From a virus, in the IMG/VR virus record IMGVR_UViG_3300026255_000014, positions 1-37,708 of that record: 37,708 nucleotides of DNA, one strand, 5' to 3'. The translations under genes were made by a program, and so were the position numbers. This document shows positions 26,033 to 34,980 of this stretch, piece after piece. Position 1 is the stretch's first letter. Every line of letters starts with the position of its first letter. Below the pieces are notes generated by a model. That model was given only the letters and a program-made list of their open reading frames with translations. It searched no databases and was not told the DNA's origin.

Positions 26033-28426
26033 ATGGCAAATTGGGCTAAGTTACAAGAGCAACTGACAGGACTGCCTGTTGTAAAGCGAGACAAGCACAG
26101 CATCCACTTTGCCAAAGGTGACGGGCAAATCGTTGCCAACTTCTCAGGCGCACCCTGTCACTATGAAGAGAACGGCATCTGGAAAGCACTCGACACCGCC
26201 ATCGTTGAACTGGAAGACGGCTCACTTGGCGCAAAGGGCGTACCAGTCCGCTTGAACCTGAACGGGCTTGTCAGGCTTATCAACGAAAACAACGAGGACT
26301 TATACAGTCAAGTCACGACACGGGTGGGCGTGTTCAATAGCACTACCCGCAACTTGGTAGATTACATCAACCTGCCAGTAGGACAAGTTCAAGACGACCT
26401 GCTGATAAAAGACACCGACCTCTATTCTCACAGTTTGCGCTTGACCGAAACAGGCTTGCGCGAAGAAATTGTCATCAAGTCAAAGCCAGCGTTTGTAACC
26501 GACAAGGCTAACTTATGGCTGGTACTTGACACGGTTGTGACGGGCGTAAGTTTCGAGGACGGCTGGCTGGATGCGTTTGAGATTGCGCAAATGCACTTCC
26601 CACCTCCAACCGCTACCGATGCGGAGGGGCGAGAGGGCACGGCGAAACGCTATGCCAAGAATATTGGTGGCGTTCAGCACATCTTTACTGGCTTGAAATT
26701 CAGTGAGTTGTATCGGGCGGCTTACCCTGTAACGGTTGACCCTGACTTTAGTGGTGGGTCTGGATATGTAATTACTAGTCAAAGTACTGATTATGCTACT
26801 GCAAGAACAACGAGTGTATCTTCAGCAGCTTGGTCGAATAGGTCTGACGTTGGGCAGGGACAGTGGTCTGTTTATCTAAGAACTTTACGCATCTTTACAA
26901 AGTTTGACACATCAAGTATAGGAGCAGGCTCAACAGTTACACAAGTTAACTTGGCTATGTGCCCTTATTATAACAATTCTGCTACAGATTTTGACATCCA
27001 GATATGTATGCAAGACTGGTCGGCTCAAGACCCCATAGCATCGGGAAATAGAGAAACAGCGTTTGACAACTGTCTCGCAGAAACAGATTACGATGTTTGG
27101 TTGAACAGTGCTGATTGTCCGAAAAGACAGAGATATACGGGTGGAAATATGACCACATCGTGGATTAACAAGACTGGCACAACATATTATAGTATTCGCT
27201 CAAGTAGGGACTACAACGGCGATGAGCGTGTAATTGATGGAAATACTGAAACTGTTAACTTGTGTGCGCCAGATAACGCCACCGAATCCTACCGCCCCGT
27301 TCTTACCGTCACCTATCTCATTCCCGACTACACCCTCACTTGCGCCGCCGGTTCATACTCGCTGACTGGCACGGATTGCACGCTTACGCACACTCCGGCA
27401 TCGCAAAACCTGACCCTCACCTGTTCCGCTGGCTCATATTCGCTAACAGGCACGAACGCCGACTTGACGGTCAAGCGGAATTATGTGCTGGCGTGTGGTG
27501 CTGGAAGTTATTCGCTCACCGGCTCGGATGTGGATTTTGTTCTGCAACGCAATTACTCGCTTGAATGCGGTGCTGGAAGTTACAGCCTGACTGGTACGGA
27601 CACGACATTCGAGGTCAAGCGAAATTACACGCTTGTCTGTGAAGCTGGAAGCTACAGTCTTACTGGTACTAACGCCGACTTGACGGTCACCCGACATTAC
27701 ACGCTAACCTGTGAGACTGGAAGTTATGCGCTTGCTGGCACTAACGCCGACCTTATTTTACAGCGCAACTATGTGTTAGCTTGCTCTGCTGGCAATTACT
27801 TAATCACAGGCACGGACGTAACACTCACTGTTCAACGCAATTACACCCTCACCTGCGCCGCCGGTTCATACTCGCTGACTGGCACTAACGTCACGCTCAC
27901 ATCAACCGTAAAGCAAAACTTGACGCTGGCTTGTTCTGCAGGCTCGTACTCGCTTACTGGCACTAACGCCGACTTGACGGTCACCCGACATTACACGCTA
28001 ACCTGTGAAGCTGGAGGTTATGCGCTTACTGGCTCAATCGTTGATCTGACAGTCCAGCGCAACTATGTGTTGGTGTGTGAAGCTGGTAGTTACGCGCTAA
28101 CCGGAACAAACGCAGGCTTGACTTCTGCTCGCACAATGGCACTCGAATCAGGTTCGTACGCCTTGACTGGCACGAATGCCGGTCTATACCGCGCGTTGGT
28201 TATGGCTTGTGAGGCTGGAACTTATGCGCTCACAGGCTCGGATGCTACGTTCAATGCCAATTACATATTTGCTCTCGGAATGGGGAGTTACGTTCTGGTT
28301 GGCACGAGCGTGGGATTGTTCGTTCTCTCGCCAACACCGGCTTGCAGAACCGCGACAATCGAATTTGAGAACAGAACATTTGCAATTCCGCATGAGAATA
28401 GAACATTAGAGGTCACATGTCACTAA
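26033..28426 (+). CDS. Large repeat protein: ~430-aa N-terminal domain plus ~16 tandem 22-23-aa Cys-containing repeats
   Basis: Repeats of consensus YTLTC.AGSYSLTGTNADLTV.RN span roughly nt 27320..28330. Confidence 0.6.
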   Translation: MANWAKLQEQLTGLPVVKRDKHSIHFAKGDGQIVANFSGAPCHYEENGIWKALDTAIVELEDGSLGAKGVPVRLNLNGLVRLINENNEDLYSQVTTRVGVFNSTTRNLVDYINLPVGQVQDDLLIKDTDLYSHSLRLTETGLREEIVIKSKPAFVTDKANLWLVLDTVVTGVSFEDGWLDAFEIAQMHFPPPTATDAEGREGTAKRYAKNIGGVQHIFTGLKFSELYRAAYPVTVDPDFSGGSGYVITSQSTDYATARTTSVSSAAWSNRSDVGQGQWSVYLRTLRIFTKFDTSSIGAGSTVTQVNLAMCPYYNNSATDFDIQICMQDWSAQDPIASGNRETAFDNCLAETDYDVWLNSADCPKRQRYTGGNMTTSWINKTGTTYYSIRSSRDYNGDERVIDGNTETVNLCAPDNATESYRPVLTVTYLIPDYTLTCAAGSYSLTGTDCTLTHTPASQNLTLTCSAGSYSLTGTNADLTVKRNYVLACGAGSYSLTGSDVDFVLQRNYSLECGAGSYSLTGTDTTFEVKRNYTLVCEAGSYSLTGTNADLTVTRHYTLTCETGSYALAGTNADLILQRNYVLACSAGNYLITGTDVTLTVQRNYTLTCAAGSYSLTGTNVTLTSTVKQNLTLACSAGSYSLTGTNADLTVTRHYTLTCEAGGYALTGSIVDLTVQRNYVLVCEAGSYALTGTNAGLTSARTMALESGSYALTGTNAGLYRALVMACEAGTYALTGSDATFNANYIFALGMGSYVLVGTSVGLFVLSPTPACRTATIEFENRTFAIPHENRTLEVTCH

Positions 28427-28698
28427 CATTACAAAATCCATTGAAAGACCCTTCCGCAGTGCTGGATTATGTGTTCGACTGGACGGAATGGCTGGCAACC
28501 GGCGAAACAATCACCGACCATACTATCACAGCCGACACGGGTATCACCGTTGACAGTTCGACTGAATCAGACGGCAAAGTTACCGTCTGGCTCTCAGGCG
28601 GTACGGCTGGTATCAATTACAAAGTGGCGTGCCTGATTACAACGTCCGCAGGGCGAACCGACGAGCGCACAATCTGGATCAAGGTGGTCGAAAGGTGA
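28417..28698 (+). CDS. Small conserved-looking phage protein (possible fiber-associated)
   Basis: Pattern DYVFDWTEWL...VTVWLSGGTAG.NYKV recalled as a recurrent phage family; function unknown. Confidence 0.35.
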   Translation: MSLTLQNPLKDPSAVLDYVFDWTEWLATGETITDHTITADTGITVDSSTESDGKVTVWLSGGTAGINYKVACLITTSAGRTDERTIWIKVVER

Positions 28699-30185
28699 GC
28701 AATTTGTTTCCAGACATAACGGGCGTGCTATATGAAGAAGAACAGTCAAAATTACATGAGATAGCCAAAACAACTACGCATCCAATTGTCAACATTGGCG
28801 TATATCAAGGATTGTCTACCGCACAACTTGCAAGTGGCACAAAGCAGAGCGTGTACGCCATTGACATTTGGGATGAGCGACCAGCAGGGTATGTCCCAAG
28901 TAAAAGGGACTTGATGAGGGGATACCACCTGAAGAAAACTCAGGACGTTTTCCTTGAAAACATGGAAAAGCACGGCTTGACAAACGTTATCCCGATAAAG
29001 GGTAACAGCAAGGTGGTTGGCAAAACCTGGGACACCCCGATAGGCGTGTTGTTTATCGACGGTGATCACCATTACAAATCCGCGCTTTCGGATTACAGCT
29101 TGTTTGCAAAACACATTGTAGTCGGCGGATGGTTAGCAATTCACGATTATCACATAAAAGACGTTAGAAGGGTGATAGACGAGATCATCATTCCTTCGGG
29201 ACTGTGGACGGACATTGAACTGACAGAGACCTTATGGGTTTGCAAGAGAAAGTCGTGCACGACAGCAGACGCAAAACCGCCTATGACATACTGGATACGC
29301 CATCATCAGCACAAAGGGAAGCCAATTGAAGACGCTTTAATTAGTCAAGGATGGCAGTGTAGTGACGCGCCAGATATTGCCTTGTTCGACACCGCGAGGA
29401 ACAAACCTATAGAACGCAGGTTTAGAAGAGGGGGCGCAACGCTTGTAGTCTATCCGCATACGGCAATTGCTGGCTGGTGGTACGACGGGATATTAGAACC
29501 GCCTAACGGCTTTAGTGCAATACTGGCTATCGGGGAAGGACAGAAGGAAGTCCAGAATATCATCACGCCGAACATCAGGGTTGAAACAATTGGTTGGAGT
29601 TATTGTCCAATCTTGCCATTTCAAAAGCCAAAGGCGATCAAGCAAATACTGTTTGCCCCCATCCATCCAAGCCTCAATGGCAAGTTGAGATCAGAGGCAA
29701 AAGACGTGAACGTCAGGGTGTATAAGCGTTTGCTGGAAATGAAAGGCGTGCAGATAAACCTTCGTGTTATTGGCGATCTTGAAAAGAATGGATTATGGCA
29801 CTCGCCAGATGTTACAACCACAGAAGCCCAACCAGACGGAAGTTATGCAGAAATTGATTCTGCAGATTTGGTGATAGGCGAGGGCATGTTTCTATCGCTT
29901 GCAGTAGCCAGAGGGAAGCCAGCTATCGGAATGAATCAGCGCGTAACACAGAAAGTAAACTGGAGTGGGCGCGTTCCAAAACGGTGGAACGAATATAACC
30001 ACTTACAAGCATATCCGATTGACTTTGATGACGCTGATCTGCCGGAGTTGATTGACAAGGCGGTAGACGAATCACAGGTAAGCAACTGGAAGAAACGCTT
30101 TATCGGTGAGCAGTTGCAACCTGAGCATTTATCAAACGTGCTAAAGGACATCAGGAATGAGCATGCCAAACAGAGAGAACAATAA
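28695..30185 (+). CDS. Fusion protein: class I SAM-dependent methyltransferase-like N-terminus, glycosyltransferase-like C-terminal domain
   Basis: NIGVYQGLST...FIDGDHHY...GGWLAIHDY resembles Methyltransf_24-type O-methyltransferases; C-terminal ADLVIGEGMFLSLAVARGKPAIG resembles GT-B C-terminal domains. GTG start overlaps upstream stop. Confidence 0.5.
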   Translation: MSNLFPDITGVLYEEEQSKLHEIAKTTTHPIVNIGVYQGLSTAQLASGTKQSVYAIDIWDERPAGYVPSKRDLMRGYHLKKTQDVFLENMEKHGLTNVIPIKGNSKVVGKTWDTPIGVLFIDGDHHYKSALSDYSLFAKHIVVGGWLAIHDYHIKDVRRVIDEIIIPSGLWTDIELTETLWVCKRKSCTTADAKPPMTYWIRHHQHKGKPIEDALISQGWQCSDAPDIALFDTARNKPIERRFRRGGATLVVYPHTAIAGWWYDGILEPPNGFSAILAIGEGQKEVQNIITPNIRVETIGWSYCPILPFQKPKAIKQILFAPIHPSLNGKLRSEAKDVNVRVYKRLLEMKGVQINLRVIGDLEKNGLWHSPDVTTTEAQPDGSYAEIDSADLVIGEGMFLSLAVARGKPAIGMNQRVTQKVNWSGRVPKRWNEYNHLQAYPIDFDDADLPELIDKAVDESQVSNWKKRFIGEQLQPEHLSNVLKDIRNEHAKQREQ

Positions 30186-30188
30186 ATT

Positions 30189-31493
30189 ATGAGCGAAACC
30201 GCTTTGATCGACAATATCTCAAGAGAGATATTTGAAGGTAATGGAAACGCACAAGAGAAACTACGTAGAATATATGGTAAAGAACTAAACTATACCAACG
30301 CCAAAAAATACTTGGCTGGGATAAAACTGCACCTGAACACGGTCAAGGGCTTAGACAAAAACCAACAAACTTTTGGTACATCGAAAGAGATCAGTTTCAA
30401 TGCTGACAAAAGTCAAACCGTAAAACAAGACGTTTACCTGACACCGGACGAGGCAGCCGATCCTTCAAAGATAATGCGGAGGATGGGCTTTGATCCTTTG
30501 TTATGGGAAGTTATAACCTGCAACGTGATCAGCGGATCGTGGGATGTTACGATCAAGAACGAAGCCTATGAGGGCGTGAAATACACGAACCAAAAATACT
30601 CGATAAAGTTGACCGTGAAACCGTTGGGGGGCAACCTGACGTTTCCACAAGTGCTGAGTGCTTTCAAGGAACTGCAACCTGCCAAAGTTATCGAGTACGA
30701 CTACGAACCGATTGTAACAGGAAAAGGGCTTTTGTTTGAACTGCCAATTATGGATTTCCACTTAGGCAAACTCGCCTGGTCTGGCGAAACAGGCGATGAT
30801 GATTATGATCTGAAAGCCGCTGCAAAGTTGTGGAAGAAAACTGTAGACGATCTGATAGACAAGGCTTGCAGCTTTGGCGAGATTGAGAAAATATTGTTTC
30901 CAGTTGGGCAAGACTATTTTCATTTTGACACGCCAACGGTTACTACAACCGCTGGAACTCAACTCGATTCTGACACACGTTGGCAGAAGATGTTTAGCAA
31001 AGGCGTGGAGTTGTTGGTTTGGGCGGTAGAGCAATTGAGAAAGATTGCGCCAGTTGAAGTATTGTGGATTCCAGGCAACCACGATCAGATGTTATCTTAT
31101 GCGGCAACTGTGGGCTTGGCTCAACGGTATGCAGAAACTAAAAGCGTAAAGGTGGACTTGAGCGCAACCCCCAGGAAGTATCGCTTGTTTGGAAATAGCC
31201 TTATCGGATATTCTCACGGCGAAAAAGAAGGCAAGCGGCTGGAGGGGCTTATGCAGATTGAAGCACCTGAACTTTGGGGTGATTCTATCTTCAGGGAATT
31301 TCATATGGGGCATTTGCACACTGAATCAACCGTCACAAAAAACGGTATCGTGTTTCGCAGGATCAGTGCGATCACCGCACCCAATGCCTGGCACGTGGAA
31401 AATGGTTTCATTGGCAGTGTACGACAGGCGCAAGCGTTTATGTGGGATAAGGAACGCGGCTTGCAAGCTATCTTGAATAGTAATGTGAGGTAA
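30189..31493 (+). CDS. Calcineurin-like metallophosphoesterase-like protein
   Basis: Ordered motifs DFHLG, GQDYFHFD, GNHD, YSHGE, GHLH resemble the metallophosphatase signature. Confidence 0.5.
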   Translation: MSETALIDNISREIFEGNGNAQEKLRRIYGKELNYTNAKKYLAGIKLHLNTVKGLDKNQQTFGTSKEISFNADKSQTVKQDVYLTPDEAADPSKIMRRMGFDPLLWEVITCNVISGSWDVTIKNEAYEGVKYTNQKYSIKLTVKPLGGNLTFPQVLSAFKELQPAKVIEYDYEPIVTGKGLLFELPIMDFHLGKLAWSGETGDDDYDLKAAAKLWKKTVDDLIDKACSFGEIEKILFPVGQDYFHFDTPTVTTTAGTQLDSDTRWQKMFSKGVELLVWAVEQLRKIAPVEVLWIPGNHDQMLSYAATVGLAQRYAETKSVKVDLSATPRKYRLFGNSLIGYSHGEKEGKRLEGLMQIEAPELWGDSIFREFHMGHLHTESTVTKNGIVFRRISAITAPNAWHVENGFIGSVRQAQAFMWDKERGLQAILNSNVR

Positions 31494-31494
31494 T

Positions 31495-31713
31495 ATGCCC
31501 GTCTACGTTTACCATTGTGACAATTGCCTGAAGCAGACCGAGATATTTCAACACTTCACCGATGACCCGATAACCGTGTGCCCTGAGTGTAAACAGCCGA
31601 CTTTGCAGAAAGTGTATCAGGTTGCGAACGTGCATTACAAGGGCAATGGCTTCTATGTCACGGATAAACGAGGGGCTGAACAAGTGTCGGGGGAGTCTTC
31701 GGACAACTCATAA
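31495..31713 (+). CDS. FmdB-family-like zinc-ribbon protein
   Basis: MPVYVYHCDNC...CPEC...GNGFYVTD matches the FmdB-type zinc ribbon pattern. Confidence 0.65.
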   Translation: MPVYVYHCDNCLKQTEIFQHFTDDPITVCPECKQPTLQKVYQVANVHYKGNGFYVTDKRGAEQVSGESSDNS

Positions 31714-31742
31714 CGCGGGGGCAGTACCCGCCAGCTCCACTA

Positions 31743-31780
31743 AAAGAGCACCAGCTAAATTGTAGGTGCTCTTTCGTTTT
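31743..31780 (+). terminator. Rho-independent terminator closing the late operon
   Basis: AAAGAGCACC-loop-GGTGCTCTTT followed by CGTTTT. Confidence 0.7.
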
Positions 31781-31781
31781 A

Positions 31782-31855
31782 AGTATTGTATTCGAGTATT
31801 GTAATTAAGTATTGTAAGACGCATCCCATTTTAAGTATTGATTTCAGGTATTGTA
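31782..31855. repeat. Five direct copies of RGTATTGW (AGTATTGTA core), iteron-like
   Basis: Copies at about 31782, 31795, 31808, 31834, 31847. Confidence 0.7.
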
Positions 31856-32029
31856 ACGCCTTCTTCTGCCATTGCCTTATCAAGCAGGTTGCGTAGAGTA
31901 CGGCTGATCCCCTGTGGCTGTGACGTAAAAAAAGGGGGTAAAAACAGGGGTTATTATAATATCGCATAATTACACCTTATTATAATACAACGCTTATTTT
32001 AGGGGTATTTTATCGCTTGCAATGGCCAC

Positions 32030-32101
32030 GGGTTCAGGGTTCAGGGTTCAGGGGTTCACGATCTCAGGGTTCAGGGTTCAGCGTCCAGGGGTAGGGGGGG
32101 G
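32030..32101. repeat. Tandem GGGTTCA heptamer array ending in a G8 run
   Basis: GGGTTCA x3, GGGGTTC, gap, GGGTTCA x2, degenerate copies, then GGGGTAGGGGGGGG. Confidence 0.85.
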
Positions 32102-32214
32102 CGAAATCTCTACCGCGCAAGCCCCCCGAGCGCGCGCGTAATCTTAGGCACGCGAGGGCAAATATCCGACAGGGGGTTAATCTTACCAATTATTCAAGAA
32201 ATCCCGAAAAACAC

Positions 32215-32242
32215 TTGACTTTTGCTTTAATTTGTGTATAAT
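32215..32242 (+). promoter_or_regulatory. Sigma-70-type promoter, near consensus (probable early promoter)
   Basis: TTGACT (32215..32220), 16-nt spacer, TATAAT (32237..32242); RBS TAAGGAGC and ATG at 32284 downstream. Confidence 0.65.
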
Positions 32243-32283
32243 TCAGGTGTAGTAAAGTAATTCACACAAAGATAAGGAGCAAA

Positions 32284-32475
32284 ATGTTTGACACGCAAGA
32301 AATCTATTTATCCCGATTAGAACCACAAGAAGAAGAAATTGTCACTTGCCCACATTGCGAAAGTTATCTCGTTGAGCATCAGGACAATTTCACCTACGTC
32401 TGCCTGGATTGTCTGCAAGAGTTCAGCATCCACCCGATGGCAGATGACGACTCAATACCGTTTCGAAAGGAGTAA
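32284..32475 (+). CDS. Small zinc-ribbon protein (first early gene)
   Basis: CPHC...CLDC motifs; strong promoter and RBS upstream. Confidence 0.6.
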   Translation: MFDTQEIYLSRLEPQEEEIVTCPHCESYLVEHQDNFTYVCLDCLQEFSIHPMADDDSIPFRKE

Positions 32476-32477
32476 CG

Positions 32478-32594
32478 ATGTTAGACCAACTTTTTGATTT
32501 CATAGTAGGATTCGGAATTATCTGCATACCGATGATGATCGGCGCAGTTGTGGCCGGCATCATCGAGACAAGACGTGAGCGGAGGGGAAGATGA
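32478..32594 (+). CDS. Small hydrophobic peptide (38 aa)
   Basis: Hand-translated MLDQLFDFIVGFGIICIPMMIGAVVAGIIETRRERRGR; AAGGAG 7 nt upstream; below the ORF-track size cut-off. Confidence 0.4.
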   Translation: MLDQLFDFIVGFGIICIPMMIGAVVAGIIETRRERRGR

Positions 32595-32683
32595 CCGCAC
32601 TCGGAATTGACATGAGCAGCCGTGATGCAGGTGGGGGTACTCGCCAGCGCAATCTATGAGAAGTGGCAGGAAAGAAGGGCTAA

Positions 32684-33031
32684 ATGAAGGAAATATCGGC
32701 CTATAAATGCGGTTACTGCAAAAGAATATACCAGTTCCAGCGCAACGCTCAGAAGCATGAGGCAGTATGCCATTATAACCCGTCTATGCGCTCATGCTTT
32801 ACTTGTGGGCTGTTTGTTCGTGAAGCAGACATCTCAGACTATGATGGCGAGTTTGTTCCATCTGCCCGATGCGAAAAAGGGTTTGATATAGATGAACCAT
32901 TTGACCACATAAGGCTTGCGCAAGTCGGTTGCAAGTTTTGGGAGCCAAGAGAAAACCACCCAGGCGAGTATGTGAAGTTTAGAACTGGCTTTGGTGGATA
33001 CAGAAAGCTTTATGAGGAGAGCAAGAAATGA
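32684..33031 (+). CDS. Cysteine-rich hypothetical protein
   Basis: ORF track; CGYC, C..C pairs. Confidence 0.5.
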   Translation: MKEISAYKCGYCKRIYQFQRNAQKHEAVCHYNPSMRSCFTCGLFVREADISDYDGEFVPSARCEKGFDIDEPFDHIRLAQVGCKFWEPRENHPGEYVKFRTGFGGYRKLYEESKK

Positions 33032-33300
33032 CCGTACTCGGAATCAACGTAACAGACAGAGATCCAGACTTATTTTATTGGCCAAAGCCTAACTGGCACG
33101 GCAAACCTGCAGAGTTGTTGAGAGTTGAAAGCAAGATTGAAGATCTGTGGGAGTGTTACGGAAAAAAGTGTGACATTATCCCGTTGCCGAATATCGAACT
33201 TGACGAGCTATTAGACGAAATTGATCACCTGGAAAAAATCAAAACAAGATTATGGAACGAATGGCAACACTTAGAAACAGAAAAGGAGCTAACACAATGA
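33028..33300 (+). CDS. Hypothetical protein
   Basis: ORF track; ATGA overlaps at both ends. Confidence 0.5.
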   Translation: MTVLGINVTDRDPDLFYWPKPNWHGKPAELLRVESKIEDLWECYGKKCDIIPLPNIELDELLDEIDHLEKIKTRLWNEWQHLETEKELTQ

Positions 33301-33953
33301 ACAAGTCAGAATCAATTCAGAACTTATCAGCAGCCTTATCGAAGGCGCAAGCGGAAATGCCTGCTATCAAGTTTGACAGCAAAAATCCGTTTCTCAAAAA
33401 CGACTACGCCAGTTTAGGCGCAATCATAGCGGGGGCGCGACCCGTACTCGCGAAGCACGGCCTCTCGGTAGCACAACTCACTTTTGGCGAAGATGGTGTG
33501 GCTGGAGTCGAGACCGTACTCATGCACGCTTCCGGCGAATGGATCAGTAACTCTATCTCAATGCCTATTGGCGAAGAGAAGGGCAAGTCATCCGCGCAGG
33601 TTGCAGGTTCTATTGTAACGTATCTTCGCCGGTACAGCCTGGCTTCAATACTGGGTATCTATTCAGACGAAGACGGTGACGGCAATAAGCCAGAGCCAAC
33701 GCGCAAGCCAACCAGAACAAAGCCAGAAGCTCAAGCCAACGATGACATCATGACTATCGAGCGAGCATCAAAAGTCACGAACAGCAAAGGCACGCCTTAC
33801 GTTGACATCGCAAGTGACGTGTTGCAACGAATGGTGATCGGCATCAATAAGGGTTTGCAGAACAGCGCGGATGACGAAAAACGAGCCGAGTATCTCGAAA
33901 AGAAACAGGCTATTGGCGTGATATTGAAGGCACGCGCAGACAAGTCAATTTGA
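33297..33953 (+). CDS. ERF-family single-strand annealing protein
   Basis: Motif SAQVAGSIVTYLRRYSLASILGI and overall pattern typical of ERF recombinases; ATG 33297 inside ORF 33252..33953. Confidence 0.7.
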   Translation: MNKSESIQNLSAALSKAQAEMPAIKFDSKNPFLKNDYASLGAIIAGARPVLAKHGLSVAQLTFGEDGVAGVETVLMHASGEWISNSISMPIGEEKGKSSAQVAGSIVTYLRRYSLASILGIYSDEDGDGNKPEPTRKPTRTKPEAQANDDIMTIERASKVTNSKGTPYVDIASDVLQRMVIGINKGLQNSADDEKRAEYLEKKQAIGVILKARADKSI

Positions 33954-34017
33954 GCGGGTTTCCCTCTCCTTTACCGCAGCCTGCTGGCCGGCGTTGTAGA
34001 CCAGCAGAAAGCAGAGT

Positions 34018-34980
34018 ATGAATAATGAACTAATAACGCTTGATGAGAGAAGCCGTTTATACCAGCTTGAAGAAACTATCAGGCAAGGGCTGAATACCTT
34101 CGTGGATGTTGGGAACGCCCTGCTTGAGATACGGGACAAACGGCTTTACAGGCAAGAGCACAGCACGTTCGAAGAATACTGCAATAAGCAGTGGAACTTT
34201 ACAAAACAGCGTGTCTACCAACTTATGGATTCTGCCTCTGTAATCGACACTCTAAAAAAGTCAACCGTGGTTGACTTTTTACCAACCTCTGAACGCCAAG
34301 CCCGCCCGCTTGCGTCACTTGAGCCAGAAGAACAGGTTGAAGCATGGAAGCGCGTTATTACATCAACGCCGGAGGGCAATGTTACAGCCAAGATTGTTTT
34401 GAAGGCTGTAAAGGAAGTTGAGCGCGAGAAGCGCATTGAGCGAAGGCAAGAGCGCATAGAAAGTACTCCTGTAATTCCAAACGGGAAATACAACGTCATT
34501 TATGCTGACCCTCCCTGGCAATACGCATTTGGGTTTGATATTCATGGGGCAGCCGATAGACACTACTCCACTATGTCAATTGATGAACTTTGTGAATTGC
34601 CGATAAGAGACTTGACCGAAGACAACGCAGTCTTATTTATGTGGACGACATCACCAAAGTTATTTGATTCTTATGCTGTAATAAAGGCATGGGGATTTGA
34701 GTATAAAACTTCCTTCGTCTGGGACAAAGTGAAACATGTCATGGGGCACTATAACAGTGTCAGGCATGAGTTCCTTCTACTTTGCACAAAGGGAAGTTTT
34801 CCAAAACAGTCTAATACTTTACACGACAGCGTTATTGAAATCGAGCGATCGGACGAACACAGCGAAAAACCTGAATATTTTCGGCAACTAATTGAGACGA
34901 TGTATCCGCTATCGAAAAAAATAGAGTTATTCGCACGTAAAACTGTCGATGGCTGGGATGGCTGGGGGAATGAAATATGA
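34018..34980 (+). CDS. MT-A70-family N6-adenine DNA methyltransferase with N-terminal putative DNA-binding domain
   Basis: VIYADPPWQY, FMWTT, KAWGF, VWDK, EHSEKP, ELFARK...GWDGWGNE are MT-A70 signatures. Confidence 0.85.
   Translation: MNNELITLDERSRLYQLEETIRQGLNTFVDVGNALLEIRDKRLYRQEHSTFEEYCNKQWNFTKQRVYQLMDSASVIDTLKKSTVVDFLPTSERQARPLASLEPEEQVEAWKRVITSTPEGNVTAKIVLKAVKEVEREKRIERRQERIESTPVIPNGKYNVIYADPPWQYAFGFDIHGAADRHYSTMSIDELCELPIRDLTEDNAVLFMWTTSPKLFDSYAVIKAWGFEYKTSFVWDKVKHVMGHYNSVRHEFLLLCTKGSFPKQSNTLHDSVIEIERSDEHSEKPEYFRQLIETMYPLSKKIELFARKTVDGWDGWGNEI

Noticed and set aside
32030-32101. Short tandem repeats as a possible CRISPR array
   Set aside because: Unit is 7 nt with no spacers; not CRISPR architecture.
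31714-32283. tRNA or integrase attachment site in the large intergenic region
   Set aside because: No cloverleaf-compatible segment or integrase gene recognised by eye; cannot be excluded without a tRNA scan.
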